From positions 27,685,580 through 27,745,314 of the forward strand of contig NC_057717.1 in the NCBI RefSeq assembly GCF_004010195.1: DNA of 59,735 bases. Direction: 5' to 3'. This DNA is from Chiloscyllium plagiosum. Its lineage: Eukaryota. Position numbers and translations under genes: made by a program. Below the pieces are notes generated by a model. It saw only the letters and a program-made list of their open reading frames with translations. It made no database searches and was not told where the DNA came from. Of the stretch, positions 40,106-50,457 are shown piece after piece; position 1 is the stretch's first letter, and each line of letters opens with the position of its first letter.

Positions 40106-41024
40106 TTTATCATTCCACTGCTAACGGCCCCCCACAACTTTCACATTCTCACCAGCATCATTTATGAGTATCACAAATCAAACGTGATTTCCTTCCAGTT
40201 CTCCAGATCTTATTCAGAGGAGCATTGAGATTTCCAGTCTCTGGCTTTTCTTATTTTGGTCAATTATCAGAGTGATTTGGCTAACGTGTTTTATGAGGAA
40301 GCCACAAATAACATTTTCGACACAGAATTGAATTCATCTTTTACACTTTGTCCTTCTACATGTTTTATTCATAAAGCTTGTAAATAGTTTCGGATGAACT
40401 AATTTTTGGCACCTTGCACTGGAACATTAGCATTTTGGAGGCGCTGTTCTTTGTTACATTCTCTGTTATAGCCAGAAATGGAGAAACTTTTCATCTGCAG
40501 GGTGGACGCAGACTAATTAATTATTTCTTTAAATCAGCTAGGGTGATGAGGATAAATATGCAATTAAATTCTATGTTATGGAGATCAAATCATATTGCCA
40601 TGTCTACCTTGAATTGGAAGCAAATACACATTGTAATAGAATTCCAAAAACACCATACTAGGAGAGAAAAAAACATGCCGTCTACATTGATGGTTTACAG
40701 AAATATAGAGTACATGTACAATCTGAACAAGAATCAAGTAATAGAGAAGAAAGTATATGAAATCTTTCCTTAATTTCGAATGGAAACCAGATCTCGATTT
40801 TCCTGAACCGTGATTTTTTCACACACAATCCCGCTTCGCCAAAAACAAGGTTTTCCCTGTCACTAAAACGTTATCTGCCATTCTTCCTCCTCCGTTCTAC
40901 TCTTTCCTCACACTCCTACTTCCCTTGCACTACCCCTTCTGTTGCTACATACTCTTCCACTGATGATCTCCCTTTATACCCTTCTTCTGGCACTCCCACT
41001 GTAAGTTACACCAATTCCCCAGTT

Positions 41025-44000
41025 ACTCCCACTGCTGCGCAGTTGGTGTAGGAGGGAGGGCTTCAGATATGTAGATAATTGGGATGCTTTCTGTGGAAGG
41101 TGGGACCGGTACATGAAGGACGGGTTGCATCTGAACTGGAAGGGGACCAATGTCATGGGCGGAAGGTTTGCTCGAATGGTTCAGGAGGGTGTAAACTAGT
41201 ATGAGCTATACACCGGTGGTGAGAGTTAATGGAGATGAGGCAATAGCAAGAGGTGGCGCAGCCAGTGGGAAGGCATTTCCTGGGAAAGAACTAAGAGATC
41301 GGTTAAAGTGTGTTTGCTTGAAAGCCAAAAGTATCAGAAATAAAAGTGATGAGCTGAGATCGTGGATCAGAACCTGGTGCTATGATGTTGTGGCCATAAC
41401 AGAGACGTGGGTTTCACAGGTGCAGGAATGGTTGCTGGATCTTCTAGGGTTTAGAACATTTAAAGAGAATAGTGAGGGGGAAAAGAGTAGGGGTTGTAGC
41501 ACTACTAATCAGTGAGGGCAGCAGAGCTACAGAAGTTACCATTGTCGAGGAGTGTCTGCCTACTGAGTCAGTATGGATGGAAATTAGGAACAGTAAGGGA
41601 GCAGTCACCTCACTACAGGCTCCCCGATAGCATCAGGGAGATTGAAAAAGCTTAGGTCGGCACATTTTGAAAAAGTGTGAATGGAGTAGGATTGTTTTCA
41701 TGGATGACTTTCACTTTCCAGTTTTGATTGGAACCTCCTTCGAGCAGATGATTTGGAAGGAGCTGTTTTTGTAAGGTGTGTTCAGGAGGGTTTCCTAACT
41801 CAGTACGTTGACAGGCCGACGAGGGGAGAGGCCATTTTGGGATTTGGTGCTCCGCAATGAGCCGGGGCAGGTGTCAGATCTTGCGGTGGGAGAGCATTTT
41901 GGTGATAGTGACCACAACTGCCTCACATTCTACATAGCTATGGAGAAGGAGAGAAGCAGGCACAATGGGAGGATATTTAATTGGGGAAAAGGAAACTATG
42001 ATGCTATCAGACGTTAGTTGGGAAGCATGGACTGGGAGTAATCGTTCCATGGAAAGGGCACTAAAGACATGTGGAGGCTGTTTAACGAAGAGTTGTTGCG
42101 AGTGATGCTTAAATGTGTTCCTCTGAGACAGGCAAGAAGGGGTAAGATAAAGGAACCTTGGATGATGAGAGCAGAGGAGCTTCGGCAGCTTACGTAAGGT
42201 GGAGGAAGGAAGGGTCTTGGTCAGCTCTAGAGGATTACAGGCAGGCGAGGAAGGAGCTCAAAAATGGCCTGAGGAGAGCCAGGAGTGGGCAGGAAAAAGG
42301 CTTGACAGGAACGATTAGGGAGAATCCAAAGACATTTTACAGGGATGTGAGGAATAAGAGAATGATCAAAGAAAAAGTAGGGCCGGTGAGGGATAGCATA
42401 GGGAACTTGTGCATAGAGTCTGAGGAGATAGTTGAAGCCCTAAATGAGGTTTTTGCATCTGTCTTTACTAAAGAAAAGGACCTTGTAGTGAATGAAACCA
42501 TTGAGGAGCAGGTAAGCATGCTGGAACGGATGCAGGTTGAGGAAGTGGATATATTGAAAATTTTGACAAACATTAAGATTTACAAGTCGCCAGGGCCAGA
42601 CCAAATTTGTCCTCGGCTGCTTTGGGAAGCGAGAAATGTGATTGCTTCCCCGCTTGCAAAGATCATTGCATCTTCGTACCTGAGGACTGGAGGGTGGCAA
42701 ATGTAATGCCTCTTCAAGAAACGAAATAGGGAAATCCTCGGCCATTCCAGACCAGTCAGTCTCACGTCTGTCGTCTGCAAGGTGTTAGAAAGGATTCTGA
42801 GGGATATGATTTCTGACCATCTGGAAGAGCATGGCTTGATTAAATGCAGTCAGCACGGCATTGTGAGGGGCAGGACATACCTCACAAATCTTAAGTTCTT
42901 TGAGGATGTTACTATACAAGTTGATGAGAGTTGAGCTGTGGATGTTGTGTATGTGGACTTCAGTAAGGCATTTGATAAGGTTCCCCATGGTAGGCTGGCA
43001 TTTGATAAGGTTCCCCATGGTAGGCTCGTTCAGAAGGTCAGGAGGAATGGGACACAGGGACATTTAGCTGTTTGGACACAGAGTTGGCTGTTCGACAGAA
43101 GACAGCGAGTGGTAGTGGAAGGAAAGTATTCCGTCTGGAAGTCAGTGTTGAGGGGTGTTTCACAGGGCTCTGTTCTTTGGCCTCTACTCTTTGTAATTTT
43201 TATTAATGACTTGTATGAGGAGATTGAAGGATGGGTTATCATGTTTTCAGTCGACACAAAGGTTGTTGTAGGCTGCAGTATGACATTGACAGGATGCAGA
43301 GATGGGCTGAGAGGTGGCAGATGGAGTTCAACCTGGATAGATATGAAGTGATGGCATTTTGAAAGGTCGAACTTGAAAGTTGAGTACAGCATTAAAGACA
43401 GGATTCTTGGCAGTGTGGAGGAACAGCGGGATCTTGGTGTGCTGGTCCATAGATCCCTTAAAATTGCCAGCCAAGTGGACAGGGTTGTTAAGAAGGCATG
43501 TGGCGTTTTGGCTTTCATTAACAGGGGGATTGAGTTTAAGAGTCATGAGATCTTGTTGCAGCTTTACAACACTTTGGTTAGACCACACTTGGAATCCTGT
43601 GTCCAGTTCTGGTAGCCCCATTATAGGAAAGATGTCGATGCTTTGGAGAGGGTTCAGAGGATGTTTACCAGGATGCTGCCTGGACTGGAGGGCTTATCTT
43701 ACGAAGGGAGGTTGTCTGAACTCGGACATTCCTCATTGGAAAAAAGAAGGAAGATAGGGGACCTAATTGAGGTGTACAAGTTAATGAGAGGCATAGATAA
43801 AGTTGATAGCCAGAGACGTTTTCACAGGGCAGAAATTGTTAACGCGAGGGGTCTTAATTTTAAGCTGTTTGGCGGAAAGTATAGAGGGGATGCCAGAGGC
43901 AGGTTCTTTATGCAGAGATTTGTGAGAACATAGAATTCATTGCTCGCAGCAGTTGTGGAAGCGGGGTAATTGGGGATACTTAAGAGACTGCTCGACATGC

Positions 44001-44113
44001 ATATGGTCACAGCAATTTGAGGGTTCATACATCAGGTTTACCTTACATGAGGATCAATGGTCAGCAGAACATCGTGGGCTGAAGGACCTGTTCTGTGCTG
44101 TACTCTTCTATGT
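41025..44113 (+). mobile_element. Long CR1 LINE (ORF1 3' end, endonuclease, RT, 3'UTR), degraded
   Basis: KSIRNKSDEL, YDVVAITETW, GEHFGDSDHN, KSPGPDQI.PRLLWE, DVVYVDFSKAFDKVPH, GVSQGSVL.PLLF, LVRPHLESCVQFW; many stops and frameshifts. Confidence 0.95.
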
Positions 44114-44767
44114 TTATCTGACCAACGCGTTCACTTTTTGCTTTCCAACTAGGATGAGGGAGCTTCTGTGCTGCTACTGATCATCAGTGAATGATGAGAT
44201 TGGGGTGATCAATACTCAATCGTAACAGACAATCGTGTGTTTCTGTCACTGTCTGATGCACCGTGAACAGAATGGTGTTGTTCCCAATGGTAGAGAGTGG
44301 AGTGTCTTTCTTTCTCTTTGTCACAGCTCTTAACCAAACAGCCTAATCGCAAATAGGATGAATCTCTCCTCAGAATCAGACGTCAATGCATCAGTTTTCC
44401 TTTAAACTTTGTGAGGACAGTGAACACATTGTTCAAACAAGCCATGTTCAGTCCTTTTGCTTTGTATTATTTTAAGGATCTTCCAATGTCATTTGAAGTG
44501 AGATCAGAGTAACTTCCCTTGCATCAAAGTAGTATTTGACTCAAGTGGCATCAGGTACCCTGAGTAAACTGTAGTCAATGGGAATCAGAGGATATTCTGT
44601 CCTGGCAATTTCCTAACTGAGCAATGACACCTTCCCCAGAGCTTATGAGAATGCCAAATAAACTCTGCCCTTCTAGTACCTTCCAAAACCATGCATAAAT
44701 TTGTCCTGTTAATAACATCAACATATATTATGGTTTCACAGTTTGGTGGTCTAAAATCTCAGAAAAG

Positions 44768-44990
44768 TACATAGAACATAGAACATAGAACAATACAGCA
44801 CAGAACAGGCCCTTCGGCTCACGATGTTGTGCCGAACTTCTAACCTAGATTAAGTACCCATCCATGTACCTATCCAAATGCCGCTTAAAGGTCGCCAATG
44901 ATTCCGACTCTAACACTCCCACGGGCAGCGCATTCCATGCCCCCACCACTCTCTGGGTAAAGAACCCACCCCTGACATCGCCCCTATTTC
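44768..44990 (-). mobile_element. Short 5'-truncated young CR1 3' end
   Basis: (catagaa)n tail; nearly identical to 45111-45320. Confidence 0.92.
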
Positions 44991-45110
44991 ACCACCATGT
45001 GTGGACCCGAATATTGAGGGCAAAGAAAGGAGCTAGATTATAGATGTGTAGCATTACTTGCTATCCTATGGGGTATTCGACTGTGTTAACTCTGCTATCG
45101 AAGTAAGCCT

Positions 45111-47367
45111 TAGAACATAGAACAATACAGCACAGTACAGGCCCTTCGGCCCACGATGTTGTGCTGAACTTCTAACCTAGATTAAGTACCCATCCATGTA
45201 CCTATCCAATTGCTGCTTAAAGGTCACCAAAGATTCTGACTCTATCACTCCCACGGGCAGCGCATTCCATGCCCCCACCACTCTCTGGGTAAAGAACCTA
45301 CCCCTGACATCTCCCCTATACCTTCCACCCTTCACCTTAAATTTATGTCCCCTTGTAACACTCTGTTGTACCCGGGGAAAAAGTTTCTGACTGTCTACTC
45401 TATCTATTCCTCTGATCATCTTATAAACCTCTATCAAGTCACCCCTCATCCTTCGCCGTTCCAACGAGAAAAGGCCGAGAACTCTCAACCTATCCTCGTA
45501 CGACTTCCTCTCCATTCCAGGCAACATCCTGGTAAATCTTCTCTGCACCCTCTCCACAGCTTCCACATCTTTCCTAAAGTGAGGCGACCAGAACTGCACA
45601 CAGTACTTCAACTGTGGCCTAACCAAAGTCCTGTACAGCTGCAACATCACTTCACGAGTCTTGAATTCAATCCCTCTGCTAATGAATGATAATACTCCAT
45701 AGGCCTTCTTACAAACTCTATCCACCTGAGTGGCAACCTTCAAAGGTCTATGTACATAGACCCCAAGATCCCTCTGTTCCTCCACCTCGCTAAGAACCCT
45801 ACCGTTAACCCTGTATTCCGCATTCTTACTTGTTTTTCCAAAATGGACAACCTCACACTTGGCAGGGTTGAACTCCATCTGCCACTCCTCAGCCCGGCTC
45901 TGCATCATATCTAAGTCTCTTTGCAGCCGACAACAGCCCTCCTCACTATCCACAACTCCACCAATCTTCGTATCGTCTGCAAATTTACTGACCCACCCTT
46001 CGACTCCCTCATCTAAGTCATTAATAAAAATTACAAACAGCAGAGGACCCAGAACTGATGCCTGCGGAACTCCACTTGTAACTGGGCTCCAGGCTGAGTA
46101 TTTACCATCTACCACCACTCTCTGCCTTCGTCCGGTTAGCCAGTTTTCTATTGGCCAAATTTCCCTCTATCCCATGCCTCCTGAATTTCCACATAGGCCT
46201 ACCATGGGGAACCTTATCAAATGCCTTACTGAAATCCATGTACACTACATCCACTGCTCTACCTTCATCCACATGCTTGGTCACCTCCTCAAAGAATTCA
46301 GTAAGACTTGTAAGGCAAGACCTACCCTTCACAAATCCGTGCTGGCTGTCCCTAATCAAGCAGTGTCTTTCCAGATACTCATAAGTCCTATCCCTCAGTA
46401 CCCTTTCCATTACTTTGCCTACCACAGAAGTGAGACTAACAGGCCTGTAATTCCCGGGGTTATCCCTATTCCCTTTTTTGAACAGGGGCACAACATTCGC
46501 TACTCTCCAGTCCCCTGGTACCACCCCCGTTGCCAGTGAAGACGAGAAGATCATTGCCAACGGTACTGCACTTTCCTCTCTTGCTTCCCACATAATCCTA
46601 GGATATATCCCGTCAGGCCCGGGGGGCTTGTCTATCCTCAAGTTGTTCAAAATGTCCAACACATCTTCCTTCCTAACAGGTATCTCTTCTAGCTTACCAG
46701 TCCATTTCACACTCTCCTCTTCTACAATACGGTCCCTCTCGTTCGTAAATACTGAAGAGAAGTACTTGTTCAAGACCTCTCCTATCTCTTCCGACTCAAT
46801 ACACAGTCTCCCACTACTGTCCTTGATCGGATCTACCCTCGTTCTCGTCATTCTCAGGTTTCTCACATACGCATAAAATGCCTTGGGGTTATCCTTGATC
46901 CTATCCGGCAACGATTTTTCATGCCCTCTCTTAGCTCTCCTAATCCCTTTCTTCAGGTCCCTTCTGGCTATCCTGTATCCCTCCACTGCTCTGTCTGAAT
47001 CCTGTTTCCTCAACCTTATGTAAGCCTCCTTCTTCCTCTTTACCAGACATTCAACCTCTCTCGTCAACCAAGGCTCCCTCACACGACCATTTCTTTCCTG
47101 CCTGATAGGTACATACATATCATGGACACGTCGTATCTGCTCTTTGAAAAAGTTCCACATTTCCACCACATCCTTCCCTGACAGCCTATGCTCCCAACTT
47201 TTGCTCCTCAAATCCTGCCTTACAGCATCGTAATTTCCCTTCCCCAATTATAAAATATACCTTGTTGTGCGCACCTATCTCTCTCCATAACCAAGGTGAA
47301 AGTCACAGAATTGTGGTCACCATCACCAAAATGTTCACCAACTAACAAGCCCACCACTTGTCCCCGT
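45111..47367 (-). mobile_element. Young CR1 LINE ORF2 (RT nearly intact), running into the gap
   Basis: ORFs 46102-47247 (381 aa) and 45177-46118 (313 aa) cover NYRPVSLTS, QHGF, DFSKAFDKVPH, GVPQ.SVLGP, FADD, with a small deletion/frameshift near 46150. Confidence 0.97.
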
Positions 47368-47867
47368 NNNNNNNNNNNNNNNNNNNNNNNNNNNNNNNNN
47401 NNNNNNNNNNNNNNNNNNNNNNNNNNNNNNNNNNNNNNNNNNNNNNNNNNNNNNNNNNNNNNNNNNNNNNNNNNNNNNNNNNNNNNNNNNNNNNNNNNNN
47501 NNNNNNNNNNNNNNNNNNNNNNNNNNNNNNNNNNNNNNNNNNNNNNNNNNNNNNNNNNNNNNNNNNNNNNNNNNNNNNNNNNNNNNNNNNNNNNNNNNNN
47601 NNNNNNNNNNNNNNNNNNNNNNNNNNNNNNNNNNNNNNNNNNNNNNNNNNNNNNNNNNNNNNNNNNNNNNNNNNNNNNNNNNNNNNNNNNNNNNNNNNNN
47701 NNNNNNNNNNNNNNNNNNNNNNNNNNNNNNNNNNNNNNNNNNNNNNNNNNNNNNNNNNNNNNNNNNNNNNNNNNNNNNNNNNNNNNNNNNNNNNNNNNNN
47801 NNNNNNNNNNNNNNNNNNNNNNNNNNNNNNNNNNNNNNNNNNNNNNNNNNNNNNNNNNNNNNNNNNN
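47368..47867. other. Assembly gap of exactly 500 N (probably a fixed-size scaffolding gap)
   Basis: Counted N run; the other gaps are non-round (468 and 136). Confidence 0.85.
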
Positions 47868-48589
47868 CACCAGATCACAACACGGTGTGTTTGCAGCAGA
47901 ACTCGCTCTGCAAACATTTTCAATAGAACCAAGAACATGATGCAACCTCACAAAAACAGCAAACTAATGATTAAATTGAATAGAAATAACAAGTCATAAC
48001 AGCAGCCTTGTTTGTGAGGGGACTTAACACTTAAAGCTGTAACGTTTCTGGCAACAGTTCAATTTATTTCCAACCTGTACACCCTTCCTGATCGTGACAA
48101 TCTTGTGCAGCGCACAGTAGGGCGGTTGAAGGCATATATTGATTAATCACTTCATGGTCAAACCAAAATTACTGAATGGACAAATATTACCACATTATAA
48201 TTTTAAGTTAGTTTCAATTACATAATCTGACCAATTCTGTAGTTTCAGATTTTAGTCCCAAATTTTATTTTGAATGAGGCTACTCAAAACAAAATTCAGT
48301 TAGTTTACAATTAGAACTGAGTTTTGTTTTTAAAAGTCAATGCATTAAAAACTCGTTTTTTTCATTTCTCACACTTCCGGGTTTCTGCCTTAAGTTGTTT
48401 TTCAGACCGTTACAAATGGATGTAATGTTTTCAATCAAGCAGAGAAAAATGTGTCATATAAGTTTAACAAATGCAGAAATGATTCATGAAAAACCAAAGA
48501 ACTTCACAAACATTGGTAATGAAAAGTAATCCAGAGAGTCAATCTCCTCACCAGAAAGAAAACACCGATTACAGAAAGCATAAAAACGC

Positions 48590-48905
48590 TGATCAATTTC
48601 ACAAACTGAATAAGATCCAATCAACTCAATTCAACAGAATCAAGGAAAATAAAATCAGAATCCAATCAACTCAAAACAACAGATTTGAATGAAACATAAT
48701 CAGAATCCAAACAATTCAATTCAACAGAATCAAATAAAACAATTTCAAAAGCCAATCAACACAATTCAACAAAACCAAGTAAAAACAAAGTCAGAATCCA
48801 ATCAACACAGTTCAAACCGAATCAACCAAAACAAAGCCAAAATCCAATCAACTCAATTCAACAGAATCAAGTAAAACAAACTCAGAATCTAATCAACAGA
48901 ATGCA
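48590..48905. repeat. ~44-bp degenerate tandem repeat (6-7 copies) in the IgH J-C intron
   Basis: Recurrent aatccaatcaactcaattcaacagaatcaa...aaaacaaa.tcag; strongly A/C-skewed on the + strand. Confidence 0.9.
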
Positions 48906-49416
48906 ATATAGCAACAAAATTTTATGACAGTTTCTAACCTGCTTGTCATCAACTAATCAACTAATTAACAAAATAAATGCGAAAATATAATCAGGGTAAG
49001 AACATACATTCAAGAAATTAATAATGATATTTTAGCATATTTTAATCATGTTTAGTAATGTCTCGAACATCTTTGATTTCTTAGCGTTTGTTGTTGATAA
49101 TAAAACTCACAGTCAGGTTGTCACTGACATTAACCATTATTTATAGCTGACTGATTAAGAGACATTAGGCGTTTCAAGTAACCCAGCCACACAGAATGCC
49201 CATCTGAACAAAAAAAGAGATACACCGAGCAACTGACTCCATCATCCCCATTGTAACTATTTGCTGAGCCTTAACTGAAGTCTGTAATCAATCTGAACAA
49301 AAATCAATCCGAACCAAACCAAACTCAGCACAGAATCTGAGTTTCATTTAATTCAAAAATTAGTCACATGAATAGAAAGTTTTTAAAAAGTCACTAAGAA
49401 AGTTCAAGGGTCTTAC

Positions 49417-49466
49417 CTCAAGTCACTGTCACCATGGTCCCTTGGCCCCAGTCATCAAGTTCGTAC
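49417..49466 (-). pseudogene. IGHJ: Immunoglobulin heavy chain J segment with in-frame stop
   Basis: G TAC GAA CTT GAT GAC TGG GGC CAA GGG ACC ATG GTG ACA GTG ACT TGA G|GTAAGA = YELDDWGQGTMVTVT*; WGQG motif, donor at 49416, TGA at 49420-49418. Confidence 0.93.
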
Positions 49467-49505
49467 CACAGTGTTACATCCTCTGGACTGGGTCACACAA
49501 TAACT
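49467..49505 (+). promoter_or_regulatory. 23-spacer recombination signal sequence of JH
   Basis: CACAGTG (49467-49473), 23 nt, ACAATAACT (49497-49505). Confidence 0.95.
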
Positions 49506-49832
49506 AGCTCTGTATAAAACAAATCAAAAATCTGCCATCGTTTTAAATTTTCAGAACCACAGACAAAATAATGTCACGATAAATCTTCATCACATAATTG
49601 CGCTAGTGAATTCTGAACATTCTTGATTAATGTTAATACTGTTTTATACTTCACAGAGTAACACATGAGCTGATTCTCAAAATCCCCAACTGGTGTATCA
49701 ATAATTACCCAACACTTTTACAAATTAAATAGTGATACTGGCATTAAACCGCACAGAACTAATACTGCTCTGCAAGTTAAGACGGTTTGTAGAAGTAATC
49801 ACTGACTAGTTTGAAACAATGGAGGCTGACTA

Positions 49833-49860
49833 GGGTTTTGTATTGGTCATAATTGCAGTG
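49833..49860 (-). promoter_or_regulatory. 12-spacer RSS 3' of the joined V-D(-D)
   Basis: CACTGCA (49860-49854), ATTATGACCAAT (12 nt), ACAAAACCC (49841-49833). Confidence 0.85.
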
Positions 49861-50187
49861 TCAACCCAGTTGTACCCATGAGCTCTCTTGCACAGTAATA
49901 GATGGCGGTGTCTTCGATCTTCAGGTTCTCCATGTCCAACGCGAAAATGCTGTTTGAAGTGTCTTTGGACGCAGTAAATCGACCCTTAATCGCTGGTGCA
50001 TAGTTATTGCTGTTTGAATTATAGTAGTACAGCAGCCACTCCAGACCCTGTCCGGGAACCTGTCGGACCCAGTGCATGGTGTAGCTGCCAAGATTGAAGC
50101 CGCTGGTTTTACAGGTCAGTTTCAGGCTGCCTGCGGGACGGCCAGTCTCTGCCTCTGGCTGGGTCAAAACAACCTCCGACTGGACAC
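49861..50187 (-). CDS. IGHV: Shark IgM-type VH exon pre-joined to D-derived sequence (germline-joined VDD)
   Basis: Acceptor tttaaag|GT; [51 protein letters not shown]...RFTASKD...[18 protein letters not shown]; both Cys and the core Trp intact; no RSS directly after CAR. Confidence 0.95.
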
Positions 50188-50314
50188 CTTTAAAAAGAAA
50201 ACAAATAAACCATGAGCATTAATGCTGATGAAATGATGGCTGAGTCTTTTATATTCCTGCGGTAGACGAACATTGAGACAGTCACAAAGAGAGACTTGAA
50301 CAAAAAACACTCAC

Positions 50315-50363
50315 ATGATAAGAAAGTCAGCAACAAACTGAGAAAAGGTGTCGACACAATCAT
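50315..50363 (-). CDS. IGHV: IgH V leader exon
   Basis: MIVSTPFLSLLLTFLS + T|GTGAGT donor; 127-nt phase-1 intron (50314-50188) restores Cys-Val-Gln-Ser. Confidence 0.93.
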
Positions 50364-50449
50364 TCTGATAACTTGTGGGAAGCGGTTCTGCTAAGATCTT
50401 TCTAAACAGATCCGACCCAGGAGTGTTGAATTACGGTCCAGTGCCCAGG

Positions 50450-50457
50450 ATTTATAT
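50450..50457 (-). promoter_or_regulatory. TATA box of the VH promoter
   Basis: ATATAAAT about 90 bp upstream of the leader ATG. Confidence 0.7.

Noticed and set aside
47889-47917. 9-bp inverted repeat tgtttgcag/ctgcaaaca in the J-C intron, and an ETS-like ACTTCCGG at ~48373
   Set aside because: Too short to distinguish from chance without cross-cluster conservation.
48486-48874. Gln/Asn-rich ORFs
   Set aside because: Products of the 44-bp tandem repeat; no coding evidence.
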